A DNA stretch of 46,183 bases from a virus, in the IMG/VR virus record IMGVR_UViG_3300031673_000102; one strand, written 5' to 3'. Under the pieces are notes generated by a model that saw only the letters and a list, made by a program, of their open reading frames with translations, did not search any database and had not been told where the DNA came from. The position numbers and the translations under genes were made by a program. Within the stretch, counting starts at the first letter, position 1; the number at the start of each line of letters is the position of its first letter. Shown here one piece after another: positions 7,946 through 18,217 of this stretch.

Positions 7946-10900
7946 GTAATTTAAGGGAGGGGCTTTCTAATTTAAAATTAGGAGTTCCTCCCTTCTTCTT
8001 TTTCTTTTCATCTATATAAATCCCCAAGATAATCTGATAAGGATCTCCCCCTCTGCTAGCAGTCTTAACTCCCTTAAGTATCTGATTAGTCATAGGAATA
8101 CCCCAAGCATATCCAACCGACTTAGCTATCAACATGCTAGCATTCAACTTCTGACGTTTAGTCATACTGCCCCAATCCATAAGATCATTAACAGCCTTAG
8201 CAGCCTCTGGCACATCCTGTGCAAACTCTCCAATTACCCCACCAAGACTACTTCCATACTTAGTTGATCCGCCCCATACTGGAAGCTTTTCAGTGAACTC
8301 TAACAAAGCACTAAAGGTGGCAGAAGGAATTCCTTTACCTTCATCTCTTGATTCCATAAACGCATCAACAGGTGTAGGAAATGGAGAGTTAAGTCCCGCT
8401 GCTTTGAACATTTCTCCTATAACCATTACACCTATGCTGTACCTAAAAGCTCTACTTACCTGTTGAGGTTTAGTTATATCAGGATTTTTAACCCCAGCTA
8501 TATCCTGTAAGATATAATTAAAATCTGCGATTCCAAAGGTCTGAAGAAGCGTAAGCCATTTGGTAGCAATGCTGGCCTGAATAGGAGAAACAGCTCCTCT
8601 AGTTCCCATACCTTGAGTTCTCTCTACAAGATCATCAGCATAGGCTATAGCATCTTTTTCCCTTAACTTCAATTTACCTTTAGCATAATGAAATCCAGCA
8701 TTCCATCCAATCTCAGCTACCACACTATCGATTAGGTCCATAGGGGCAAAAGCCATCTTAGTGGCTATAGCCTTTCCTCCCTTCAGAGTTCCCAACCTCA
8801 TCTGTTCTACAAAATCACTCCATATCAATTCAGCTTTACGGATATGAAGAGAGTTGGAAAGAGTCTGAGCTTCTGACTTACTTCCCTTAAAAGGTTTCTC
8901 AATCATATACCTACCTGCCCCATATAAAGATGCAAGTAAACCAAGGTTAGCATATACACCTATGAGGGCCGTAAATTGTTTGACAAATGTCTGAAGATTC
9001 CCACCTATAATTCCCACAACTATATTCTTACTCAACTGTTGAGCCACATTCCTGATGAATGGATTCTCAATAGCCATAATAGAAGAGGTTCTATCTATTC
9101 CCATTATCTCATCAGACCACTTAAGAAGAAGTTGAGACAGTGCTGGGTTATGATTCTTAAGTATAACAGTACCTTTACCTCCAGGCTTAGGTAGTGGTAC
9201 TGTAGCTAATTCCTTAAGTTGTGCAGCAAGAGGCCCAGTATAAATCTCCTCCAGTGTGTAATTAAGATAAGACTCCATTACTTTGAATACATCCAACTCA
9301 ATAGGAATATCTGATACCTTACGTACCTTAGCATGAGGATTAAAAATCCCATGGTAGTCACTAGATATGGATGAAATTCTACGAGCGTCCGTAGTGGTGA
9401 TTCCCTCTAGTACTCCCATCTCTCTGAGAACATTCATCTGTCTCATGAGAGGGAGATAGTTCTCTTTACCATTTTTATCAAGGAGTCTAGGAATAGGCTT
9501 CTGTCCTGTATGAGTACGGACATAGTTAACTCTATCCAACATCTTAGAGGTAGTCTTAGTCATCCAATTGAATACTTCCATTTGCTTAGCATTCATAATA
9601 GGAATATCTTCAGGCTTAATTCCCATAGCAGTGAAGGCTTCCTCTCCACCCTTCATATTTGCATAAGCAGCCAGAGCTAATCCTTCTCTTTCTTTTTTAG
9701 TAAGACTATCCTTCTTAAGTGTAATCTCCTTACCTAAAGAGTTATACTCCAACTCTTTTTTAGTCTTAAGCTCTCTCCAATCACGATAGATTTCAGAGAG
9801 TCCAAATCTTCTAAAGGCATTAATCCTAGTTTCAGTAGCCTGAAGATACCGCTGAATAGTTCCTGTGTGAACGTTAGTTATTTCCCTCCCACTAACAGGA
9901 TCAACCTTAACATTCAAGTCTCCCCAGATATTATGTCTAGTAGCATTCATTATCTTAGAAGATAATACTTGAGTGATAGGAGGCATTACACTTTTAATCT
10001 CACCTAACTTATTCCTCTTAACAGTTTGATGTACTACGGGGCCACTTGGATTAAGGATCCTTTCAGTAATAGGATCTAAACTTCTAAGCGTTTCCTTATC
10101 CTTAGGCATTTGTGCTAAGGCTACTTTGAACTGGGCAATAGATTCAGGACTCATACCTATCATATCTAAGAATTCATCAACACTCTTCCCTGCTTTCTTA
10201 GATGCCTCAACAACTTGTTCCATTTTATCTACCGCTATACGAAGAGGGGTTACATCTACTGACCCTCTCTCATTACTGAATATACTGAAGAGATCTCTAG
10301 TTCCATCCTCACTCATCTCACCATAGTCAAGAGTCTCATCTGAGATCCTATTCCTATGTTCAGAAGTAAGACTCTCCACTCCATCTTCCCATCCAAGATC
10401 TTCAAATCCTTCCAACTCAGGTTCAATAAACCATTCTTTACTCAAGGGATCTTGAATCAACTCCCCCTTTTTTCCAGTAGCTTCCTTGTAAGTATTACCC
10501 TCAGCCTCAGACTTGAAGGTAGCAAAGTTAGAATCAATGACCGGAAGATCTTTCGGTGTTACTGGAACTTCTTTTGCTACGTTGATTTTATCCACATAGC
10601 GTTCTTTATACTTCTTAAAAGCATCTGCAATCTCTGGACGGATTGTTTCTTTAGGAGCATCTACCTTCTTACTCTCCTTAACTAAAGCCTTAAGATCCTT
10701 TTTCAACTGAACCTCTTCAGCCTTAAGAACCTCAGGAGTAGGTTCAATCTCAGACTCTACACCTTTAACTTCTTCAGGTACAAAGTCTACATTAGGACGT
10801 ACAGGAGCATTAGGATCTTTAATAACAGTCCTATAATATTTATCCCCTACCTTAGCCACCCAGAATTCCGAACCCTCTGGCTGCTCAGCTTCTATCTTGG

Positions 10901-12467
10901 CTTTAGCATAGGGGATTTCACTCATAACTTCAAGATCAGCTTTAAGAGCATCCATCGAAGCATATTCAGGAATATCAGTTTCAATGAACTTTCCTACTGC
11001 ATACTTGTCACCTATCTTAATCACTTCATGATCTGCGCCTTTACGTTCAGCAACCTTTTGTGCTGACTCAGGAGATTCAAATCTTCTCTTATCTCTAATC
11101 TCATAACCCTCACCTTTGGCCAGAGATGTATTGTCGAATTCAGAGATTATCTTATCAACAGTAATCTCAGATTTATTAACTCCGCCTAGTACTTCTAACT
11201 TCTTTCCAGTCCTCTTCTCATAAACTCCACCTACCATATTAAATAGCTGTTGAGGAAAGGATACCTGCTCGTGTAATTTATTATCCCTAATATTCTTAAA
11301 CACATCAACCATTATAGCCTGATCTTCAACTGGAATAGAGTTCTCAAAATGTTTAAGAGCTACATCAGGATTATCCATTTCAGAAGTTAGAATATCAGTG
11401 CCTGTAGGTTCTAACTTCTTACCCATTTCTGGAAGATTAATAGGAGTTGCAGTCTCCTCAACAGGGGAAATCTCAGGAGTAAGTACAGCATCTCTATCTT
11501 TAATAAACTTCTCAATCAAAGCCTGAGACTTCGGACCTACACCTTTCATACTTTTAAAATCTACTCCTTTTGCGTCTCCTTCAAGATCACTGATAATCTT
11601 AGCAGTTCTATTCAATGCCCCCTTAGCATGGCCCTCTCTCTTAAGAGCCTCAGTCATAAGACCTTCAGCTATAGACTGATTACCTTCAAACTTAGTCTTA
11701 ACATTTGAAGATACAGCTTCCTTAATATTGAAATTCCTCAATGCCTCTAATGCTGCGGATGCTACATCAGGAGGTGTATCAACTGGGATAGCCTTCTCAA
11801 CTTCCTTGAAATCTGAGATAGTTAAAGGTTTACCTTTCTGCAATTTACCAGTAACTAATGGAAGTCCAAGAAGAAGTGAATTAGTAACATAATGAGATGC
11901 TTGAACTCTTTTATCAACCTCTTCTTTTGGAGTGGTAGGATCTGCCAACTGTCTTACAGTATTCCCTACTGATCCAAGAAGAGTTCCAAATACTAAATCA
12001 ATAGGCTTCATTAACAGTTTGCCTGTATCAGTAGTAGGATGATAAGTTCCGGCAGCACTTATCTTCTCTGCAACTTTCTGTCCTTCAGCAAAACCTCCAG
12101 CTACATCAAACTTATCACCCCTACTTTGAGGAAGCATAGCTGTAAGAGCTGTAGGAGCTGATGCAACTTGCCCAAATGGGAAAGCTATAAGTCCAGAGAT
12201 CATTCCTGCAATAGCTTCAGGAACTCCCAATGCTACATCCTTAGCAGCCCCATATAATCCAGGTTCTGCAACAGAAGGCTCAGACTTAGTTAGAGATTCC
12301 ATCAATGCAGGAACTACTGCATCTCCAAAGAGAGTCTTAGGTTGAACTTTAGGAGCCTCAACTTTAACTGGAGCTGCAGGAGTAGCAACTATAGGAACTT
12401 CATCAAACTGATCAAAAGCATTACTCCCAGTTGCTACAGAGTCAAACTGATCAAACGGGTTTGCCAT
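7932..12467 (-). CDS. Giant virion protein, 1511 aa (putative internal/ejection or tape-measure-like protein)
   Basis: Largest ORF and last gene of the structural arm. Long charged, coiled-coil-like middle and hydrophobic segments near the C-terminus. No catalytic motif recognised by eye. Confidence 0.5.
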   Translation of the reverse strand: MANPFDQFDSVATGSNAFDQFDEVPIVATPAAPVKVEAPKVQPKTLFGDAVVPALMESLTKSEPSVAEPGLYGAAKDVALGVPEAIAGMISGLIAFPFGQVASAPTALTAMLPQSRGDKFDVAGGFAEGQKVAEKISAAGTYHPTTDTGKLLMKPIDLVFGTLLGSVGNTVRQLADPTTPKEEVDKRVQASHYVTNSLLLGLPLVTGKLQKGKPLTISDFKEVEKAIPVDTPPDVASAALEALRNFNIKEAVSSNVKTKFEGNQSIAEGLMTEALKREGHAKGALNRTAKIISDLEGDAKGVDFKSMKGVGPKSQALIEKFIKDRDAVLTPEISPVEETATPINLPEMGKKLEPTGTDILTSEMDNPDVALKHFENSIPVEDQAIMVDVFKNIRDNKLHEQVSFPQQLFNMVGGVYEKRTGKKLEVLGGVNKSEITVDKIISEFDNTSLAKGEGYEIRDKRRFESPESAQKVAERKGADHEVIKIGDKYAVGKFIETDIPEYASMDALKADLEVMSEIPYAKAKIEAEQPEGSEFWVAKVGDKYYRTVIKDPNAPVRPNVDFVPEEVKGVESEIEPTPEVLKAEEVQLKKDLKALVKESKKVDAPKETIRPEIADAFKKYKERYVDKINVAKEVPVTPKDLPVIDSNFATFKSEAEGNTYKEATGKKGELIQDPLSKEWFIEPELEGFEDLGWEDGVESLTSEHRNRISDETLDYGEMSEDGTRDLFSIFSNERGSVDVTPLRIAVDKMEQVVEASKKAGKSVDEFLDMIGMSPESIAQFKVALAQMPKDKETLRSLDPITERILNPSGPVVHQTVKRNKLGEIKSVMPPITQVLSSKIMNATRHNIWGDLNVKVDPVSGREITNVHTGTIQRYLQATETRINAFRRFGLSEIYRDWRELKTKKELEYNSLGKEITLKKDSLTKKEREGLALAAYANMKGGEEAFTAMGIKPEDIPIMNAKQMEVFNWMTKTTSKMLDRVNYVRTHTGQKPIPRLLDKNGKENYLPLMRQMNVLREMGVLEGITTTDARRISSISSDYHGIFNPHAKVRKVSDIPIELDVFKVMESYLNYTLEEIYTGPLAAQLKELATVPLPKPGGKGTVILKNHNPALSQLLLKWSDEIMGIDRTSSIMAIENPFIRNVAQQLSKNIVVGIIGGNLQTFVKQFTALIGVYANLGLLASLYGAGRYMIEKPFKGSKSEAQTLSNSLHIRKAELIWSDFVEQMRLGTLKGGKAIATKMAFAPMDLIDSVVAEIGWNAGFHYAKGKLKLREKDAIAYADDLVERTQGMGTRGAVSPIQASIATKWLTLLQTFGIADFNYILQDIAGVKNPDITKPQQVSRAFRYSIGVMVIGEMFKAAGLNSPFPTPVDAFMESRDEGKGIPSATFSALLEFTEKLPVWGGSTKYGSSLGGVIGEFAQDVPEAAKAVNDLMDWGSMTKRQKLNASMLIAKSVGYAWGIPMTNQILKGVKTASRGGDPYQIILGIYIDEKKKKKGGTPNFKLESPSLKLPKGL
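7955..8005 (+). terminator. Candidate intrinsic terminator of the plus-strand arm
   Basis: GGGAGG (7955-7960) pairs with CCTCCC (7987-7992), with inner pairing CTAATTT/AAATTAG, followed by TTCTTCTTTTTCTTTT. Lies inside the 3' end of the convergent minus-strand CDS. Confidence 0.45.
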
Positions 12468-13204
12468 TAGATTCCCTCCGGCAAGTATCCATATTTCTTC
12501 TTGAATTGATCTTTAAGTGCAGGATTCTTTTTGAGCAAGTCTAATGCCTCTGCAGGAGCTACTCCAGTCTTAGGAACTTTAACATATCCACCTTTCTCAC
12601 CGGTGAAAGGAATCTCCACCCCGCCAATAGTCTTAGGGGAAGTATCAGGAGCTTTAACATACTTATCATTAGGTGAGTGTTTGTTATACAATGCTACATA
12701 ACTATCAAGTGAGGCAGGATCAAGAGTATTTCCTTTACTATCCTTACCACTTGCGATAGCAGCACCTATTCCAGCTATCTGAGTATCCATATCTAACTGC
12801 TGAGCAGGAGTAACAGGCTTAGGGGCATTAGCATCCCTAGTAGTCTTATCTGATATATCAGCTCTCCTACTAGCAATATCTGCATTCCTCATAGCCACTG
12901 CAAGCAGGCCCTGACTAACTGCAATCTGAGCATCACGGTCAGCTTGACTTGCACGATCTCTAGCTTCCTGTGCAGTAATTCTTTTCTCTGCAAGTTCCTG
13001 CTGAATATTAGCCTTCTTCTCATCCAATGCTAACTTGGCATTAGCTATTACATCTTTCTTACCTGCAATATCAGCAGCTTGCTGAGCCATAACTTGATCA
13101 GCTTTCATCTTACCTATACTCTGCCCACCTAATAACATCATCTTAATTTCTTCTGGGCCTAAACCTCTAAGATCTATATCTTGCCCAGCTAGAGCACCAG
13201 TCAA
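12467..13204 (-). CDS. Virion protein, Ala/Gln-rich coiled-coil (putative internal protein)
   Basis: Position in the structural operon. Repetitive A/Q/D-rich helical sequence. Start/stop overlap with the giant gene. Confidence 0.45.
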   Translation of the reverse strand: MTGALAGQDIDLRGLGPEEIKMMLLGGQSIGKMKADQVMAQQAADIAGKKDVIANAKLALDEKKANIQQELAEKRITAQEARDRASQADRDAQIAVSQGLLAVAMRNADIASRRADISDKTTRDANAPKPVTPAQQLDMDTQIAGIGAAIASGKDSKGNTLDPASLDSYVALYNKHSPNDKYVKAPDTSPKTIGGVEIPFTGEKGGYVKVPKTGVAPAEALDLLKKNPALKDQFKKKYGYLPEGI

Positions 13205-13224
13205 ATCTTGCCCTACTCCAGTAC

Positions 13225-13692
13225 TTACTGAAGCAGGGCTTTCCAGAAAGGGGATTGCTCAACGGCTCCTCCCTTAGCACTCATATTCTCTGCAGGAACA
13301 TTAGTTCCATAACTACTTAGATTTGCAGCAGAGGGCTCTTGTACAGTTGTAGTAGTTCCATCAGCAGTCCTCTTAGTAGTAACTGCATCAGGCCCAGCCA
13401 TGCCTCTAGGAGTAGGTGTAGGAATAGTAGTCCCACCCCCTAGAAGTTGTTTAAGAATATTCCCCCCAGCTTTCTGCACTTGCTGATTCCTTATCATCTC
13501 AGTTGTAGCACCTCCTATAGCCTCTCCAGCCCCAAGACCTTTAGAGAATCCTGAACCCATACCTGCTAACAACCTAAGAAAATTTGGATCAGTTAGAAGT
13601 TTTCCAGATGTAGAAGTTTCTGTAGCTGGTGGAACTTGGCCTGGTATATCAGTAGCAGCTGTATCACTAGATAGAAAATCAAAAATGCCCAT
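13225..13692 (-). CDS. Gly/Thr-rich virion protein, hypothetical
   Basis: In the operon. Low-complexity G/T/A-rich sequence. Confidence 0.4.
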   Translation of the reverse strand: MGIFDFLSSDTAATDIPGQVPPATETSTSGKLLTDPNFLRLLAGMGSGFSKGLGAGEAIGGATTEMIRNQQVQKAGGNILKQLLGGGTTIPTPTPRGMAGPDAVTTKRTADGTTTTVQEPSAANLSSYGTNVPAENMSAKGGAVEQSPFWKALLQ

Positions 13693-13706
13693 ATCATACC
13701 TCTAAA

Positions 13707-14192
13707 TTAAGTAGTTAACCCACCGATAATAATCTGTCCGTTATTATTGCATATAGCATTTGCTACTGGTAGAGTAGTTGATAAGCTATAAGTTTTATCT
13801 GCCACACTTCTAGTTACTGCTACCATACCATTACTCATATATACATAGTCATTAAAGTCTACTAAACTCCAAGTATTGCCAGCAGTTACAGTTAACTTCT
13901 CTATCAGCACCCCTTCTACTATCTCATAAATCTTGGTCAACCCGCATACTATAATCATGCTAGTCAATACAAACACTTGAGGGTAGGGAAACCCATCTAC
14001 AATAACATCAGTAACCATTCTAGTCAACTGATCTATAGTACATAAAACTCCATCTCTACCTACTGCCCCGTTACAAACCGTTAAGAAATTACTATCCCTT
14101 TGCAGTCTCTTACTAGGGCGTAACCCCTTAGATAATTGTTCACTCTCAATAGATAATGTAAAACCACCACCTCTATCAATTACTAAAGACAT
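13707..14192 (-). CDS. Hypothetical structural-module protein
   Basis: Compact packing in the operon. No motif recognised. Confidence 0.4.
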   Translation of the reverse strand: MSLVIDRGGGFTLSIESEQLSKGLRPSKRLQRDSNFLTVCNGAVGRDGVLCTIDQLTRMVTDVIVDGFPYPQVFVLTSMIIVCGLTKIYEIVEGVLIEKLTVTAGNTWSLVDFNDYVYMSNGMVAVTRSVADKTYSLSTTLPVANAICNNNGQIIIGGLTT

Positions 14193-14566
14193 TAAAGTTC
14201 TCCATTAGTAGATTTAACTTCACCTTCTACAATTCCCATAGTACTGAAATCCCGATTAGGGCTTGGTTTAACACTATCCACATCAGCAGTTTTTAAAATG
14301 CTGATACGTTCTCTAATCTTAGGAACTGCCTTTTTAAGAAGATCTTCGTAATTATCAATAGGATTTTCCCCCTCTACCATTTCCATAACTGCCACCACAA
14401 CATCTTTCTTATCTCTAAACTCAGGATGCGCTGCATAGAATTCACTATTAAGTTTACTCATAGCCATATGATTAGCTATAAGATTACCTACAGTTTCTGG
14501 AAGAAGCAACAAAGTTCTCTCAACTGTAGCATTTATAATATCTTCTCTCTCTTCTGCAGTAATCAT
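14192..14566 (-). CDS. Hypothetical structural-module protein
   Basis: Compact packing, GGAG upstream. No motif recognised. Confidence 0.4.
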   Translation of the reverse strand: MITAEEREDIINATVERTLLLLPETVGNLIANHMAMSKLNSEFYAAHPEFRDKKDVVVAVMEMVEGENPIDNYEDLLKKAVPKIRERISILKTADVDSVKPSPNRDFSTMGIVEGEVKSTNGEL

Positions 14567-14584
14567 AGTAATCTCCTAATAGTA

Positions 14585-15463
14585 TTATTCAAAGAATAAA
14601 GTTGCTATTCCAATTACAAAACCTACAACAGCTCCAACTACTGTTCCTACAGGCCCCCATGATGATCCAATATAAGCACCAGTTACAGTATTTGAAAGTA
14701 CTAAAAGCCCTTTAGAAACTCCAGACCTTCCTACTCTATCAGCAGTTTTTTGAAATGCTCTAGTTCCCTGAAGGGCTCCAATAGCCATTAATTCAAATCC
14801 TAATACTGTAAAAGGCCATAGAATGTCTCTTGCAGCATTAGTATAATTATCATCATCTGCAGCCAACTTTGATGTAAAGTATAACTTCATAGATAATGCA
14901 TATACTTTAACATTTCCTGAATTCCAATTCAACGAGGTTATAAAATCAGTTTGGATATTAGGGAGAAGTCTAAACTTTACTTCCTTACTTACATCACTCA
15001 GCATCTTTAATCTATAATCCTCTATTACTGCTTTACCTACTACAAAGGATGATGAGTTGGTACAGTTTACATTACGCATACTTAAAGTAAATGCTGCAAG
15101 CTTTAATGTTATATCATCATCTATAACCTGCATCCTAGATTTAATATCTGAATCTATATCTGGATTATTAAATATCTCTGAAGCTACCTTATTCCATAAC
15201 TCCTCAATATCCAATCCTGCCATGTACTTTCCGAAGGTATCATAGAGAGATGGAAAACTCCCCATAATATATCCAATTCCAAAGAATGCCTCATCTGTAG
15301 TGATGTTAGTAAACCCTAAATAAGGGGAATCATCTATGATAGTATTTCTAACTGCTGTAGTATTGTTAAGAAAACTATTATGAGCTTCCTCTACATATGG
15401 AGCATACCTAGTAGTCCTTACTACATCTCCCCCAGAACTTCCCCCACTTCCACCCCCGCCCAT
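14585..15463 (-). CDS. Virion protein with C-terminal glycine-zipper membrane segment (paralog of 15476-16480)
   Basis: Shares TTRYAPYVEEAH and FPSLYDTFGKYMAGLDIEELWN blocks with its neighbour. C-terminus GPVGTVVGAVVGFVIGIATLFF. Confidence 0.5.
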   Translation of the reverse strand: MGGGGSGGSSGGDVVRTTRYAPYVEEAHNSFLNNTTAVRNTIIDDSPYLGFTNITTDEAFFGIGYIMGSFPSLYDTFGKYMAGLDIEELWNKVASEIFNNPDIDSDIKSRMQVIDDDITLKLAAFTLSMRNVNCTNSSSFVVGKAVIEDYRLKMLSDVSKEVKFRLLPNIQTDFITSLNWNSGNVKVYALSMKLYFTSKLAADDDNYTNAARDILWPFTVLGFELMAIGALQGTRAFQKTADRVGRSGVSKGLLVLSNTVTGAYIGSSWGPVGTVVGAVVGFVIGIATLFFE

Positions 15464-15475
15464 AATTAATCCTTA

Positions 15476-16480
15476 TTAGTAAGTAAGAGCTGCAGCAACT
15501 CCTAATACAGCACCAGCTCCAGCTCCCCAAGCACTGCCTGCAGTACTTGCAGCTGTAGTTGAGGTAGCCGCAGTATTAAAATTACTACCTATAGCTGCTC
15601 CCATAGCAGCACCACTAAGAGCTCCCCCTAATACTTTAGAGGCAGTAGAGGCTCCAGCTACGTCTGTCTTCGTATTAATAGCGCCTTGAAGAGCTCCGAG
15701 AGCTGCCCTCTCAAAATCCAAAACTGTAAATGGCCATAACCTATCCTTAGCAACCATAGAATAATTAGCATCATCTACGTCAATCTTGGTAGAATAGTAG
15801 AACTTCATTATCTCAGAATATACACCTATAACATTCTTATTCCAGTCAAGATGAGCTCTCCATCTACCATCAGCCAGTGAGATCATCTGGTACTTTAAAT
15901 TAGCACTGAATAAGGATAATGCTTTAGTTTTAGCATCTTCTATAATAGCTTTACCTATAACAAATGATGAACTCATTACAGAATTAATATCTCTAGCACC
16001 TGTCTGTAATCTAGGAACAGAGTTGATAATTATATCTTCATCCAACATAGCAGATTGTGCAGATATTAAATCTTTAACTACTGCAGATTCTACTGTACTT
16101 CCCAATATCTCATTCCACAAAGCTTCGATATCAAGCCCTGCCATGAACTTCCCGTACATATCATACAAGGAAGGGAAACTACTTATAATATATCCAGCCC
16201 CAAAAAATCCATCATCTACATCTATATTAACATACCCTACAAATGGAGAGTTATTTATAACAAGATTTCTTTTAGCCTGTATTGTAGATAGGAAATTACT
16301 ATGGGCAGACTCTACATAAGGAGCATATCTTACAGTAGTAGTCTGATCACCCCCACTACTACTACTGCCACCTTTACATAAAGCTACCTCTCCTACATAC
16401 TCTTCATAATTAGAAGATACTTCTATATAGGAATTAGTAACCCCATCCCATATAAACTTTATCTCAGAATATATACGCAT
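15476..16480 (-). CDS. Virion protein with C-terminal Gly/Ala-rich hydrophobic tail (paralog of 14585-15463)
   Basis: Contains VRYAPYVESAH, FPSLYDMYGKFMAGLDIEALWN and LWPFTVLDFE, matching its neighbour. C-terminus AGSAWGAGAGAVLGVAAAL. Confidence 0.5.
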   Translation of the reverse strand: MRIYSEIKFIWDGVTNSYIEVSSNYEEYVGEVALCKGGSSSSGGDQTTTVRYAPYVESAHSNFLSTIQAKRNLVINNSPFVGYVNIDVDDGFFGAGYIISSFPSLYDMYGKFMAGLDIEALWNEILGSTVESAVVKDLISAQSAMLDEDIIINSVPRLQTGARDINSVMSSSFVIGKAIIEDAKTKALSLFSANLKYQMISLADGRWRAHLDWNKNVIGVYSEIMKFYYSTKIDVDDANYSMVAKDRLWPFTVLDFERAALGALQGAINTKTDVAGASTASKVLGGALSGAAMGAAIGSNFNTAATSTTAASTAGSAWGAGAGAVLGVAAALTY

Positions 16481-16482
16481 AG

Positions 16483-16920
16483 TTAATCTCCTACTTTAAG
16501 ACTATACTTCCTGAGAATTTCCTTAAATCCACAAAGTTCATACAACTCCCAGCATCTTGCAATATCTGATTCACAGGTAATGTATTTACAATTCTCTTTC
16601 TTTGCAAACTTTGTTATAAACTCGAAGTCCTCTTTCCACTCATCATTACCTGTAGGCCTCCACGAATATAAAACAGGTACAAATAATTGCTTATTACCAT
16701 TAATCTTATCTACTTGAATCTCAGTAATCATAAGAGCTACAAGCATCCTTTTATCATTCAATCTAACCCAACACTGGGCCTTATCATTTAAGAGTTTATG
16801 AAGTGTATGATTGAATATAGATCTAAAATCCTCTGTCTTTACCTCATATACTTTAGAGATGGCAAACTTAATTAATTCCCAGAAGGGGGTAATTTGTGTA
16901 ACTGGAAGTTTAACTATCAT
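16483..16920 (-). CDS. Hypothetical protein, possibly GNAT-fold
   Basis: The C-terminal pattern ITCESDIARCWELYELCGFKEI resembles the GNAT A..lY...GF motif. Weak call. Confidence 0.3.
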   Translation of the reverse strand: MIVKLPVTQITPFWELIKFAISKVYEVKTEDFRSIFNHTLHKLLNDKAQCWVRLNDKRMLVALMITEIQVDKINGNKQLFVPVLYSWRPTGNDEWKEDFEFITKFAKKENCKYITCESDIARCWELYELCGFKEILRKYSLKVGD

Positions 16921-16935
16921 ACTATACCCCTATAA

Positions 16936-18204
16936 CTATTGTTTATTAAGAACATCCAAATATGCAAAGTTTAATACCTTGCCATATACCTTTATATAAT
17001 CTATCTTAAAGTCCTCAAGTACTGGAGCTCTAAGTTTAAACTTAAACTCTATCCCAAAACACGGAAGATGAAAGATTCCATTAGGATTTACTAATACCCA
17101 GGGAGTGCTTTGGAAAGCAGCATCTTTAGAAAGTCTATAATCTATTGAACCTTCTAATAAACCACTAAGATTAGTCCCCACTTCTACATATTTAATACTC
17201 TTATTCTTCCTACTACTAAGATCAAATATATCTGTACTTATCTCAAAGGTAGGAGTTGTTATTACAATAGGAGATCCTACATACTGAATCCCTCCCTGAG
17301 TTTCTACGCTAGTTATATTATTAGGACCTTTCCCAAAACTTTTACTTGAAGGATTATATATATAACCTGTAACCCCGTCACATATATATAAGAGTTTATT
17401 TAAACTATCCCAAGACAGAGTAAGATCACCCATACTTGATAAGTACTCAGAATACCCTAAATCTTCTGGCCGCATAGTCTCTTCAAACAATGACGATTTT
17501 CTAGCTAATTCTCCCATAGAAAATAAGTGCCCAGAAGTATCAACAAAGAAGTGTATTGAATTATCTCCATTAACAGCCCCTCTTCCTTTAATACCTATTT
17601 TATAGATAGTCTGCATTCCATAAGTAACACCAGAAGGAAATAAACTAGAGACTCCATTCTCACCATATACTATAACTTTATTTCCTAATTTCTTAATACT
17701 GTAAACCCACCCAGCCCAATCAAGAGGTCTAGCCCCTGCTATATTATCTTTCCAGATTGTAAAATCAGAACTGCCAATATTAGACCACTTTACCCAATTC
17801 TTCTTAACAGTGTCTACCCAAATATCTCCTAGACTTCCAATTACTAATTGGTTAAGTCCAGAAGGTATTAAGGAAATTCCTACCGTAAATTTACTAGTAG
17901 TTCCAATACCTAATTTGGAGGTACTACTTGATACAACTCCGTTATAAAATTCTCCGTAAGATACTGCTGCTAAGCCATCAATATCTACATCATACCAATT
18001 TACGTTTATAGTAGCGGTATAATCTATAGGAGCTGCAGGATACTTAGTTATTACTCCTATAGACCTGATACCAGTTTTAGAGGTAGTATTAGGAAAATTA
18101 TTTCCTGGAGATTCAGTTACCAATTTTAACGCAAGTGTAGATACAGGGTATGTAGTAAATACCTTCGCTACACCTTTAAATATGGGAGTAGTAACTTGAG
18201 ACAT
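16936..18204 (-). CDS. Tail or virion structural protein, 422 aa
   Basis: Beta-rich sequence in the tail module. No specific motif. Confidence 0.4.
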   Translation of the reverse strand: MSQVTTPIFKGVAKVFTTYPVSTLALKLVTESPGNNFPNTTSKTGIRSIGVITKYPAAPIDYTATINVNWYDVDIDGLAAVSYGEFYNGVVSSSTSKLGIGTTSKFTVGISLIPSGLNQLVIGSLGDIWVDTVKKNWVKWSNIGSSDFTIWKDNIAGARPLDWAGWVYSIKKLGNKVIVYGENGVSSLFPSGVTYGMQTIYKIGIKGRGAVNGDNSIHFFVDTSGHLFSMGELARKSSLFEETMRPEDLGYSEYLSSMGDLTLSWDSLNKLLYICDGVTGYIYNPSSKSFGKGPNNITSVETQGGIQYVGSPIVITTPTFEISTDIFDLSSRKNKSIKYVEVGTNLSGLLEGSIDYRLSKDAAFQSTPWVLVNPNGIFHLPCFGIEFKFKLRAPVLEDFKIDYIKVYGKVLNFAYLDVLNKQ

Positions 18205-18217
18205 TTATGCCTCCAGT

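Noticed and set aside
7932-12467. The 1511-aa protein as an N4-type virion RNA polymerase reading hairpin promoters
   Set aside because: I found no RxxxKxxxxxxxYG-type motif B or HD-type motif C by eye, and the early genes have consensus sigma70 promoters. I keep this only as a hypothesis to test by profile or structure search.
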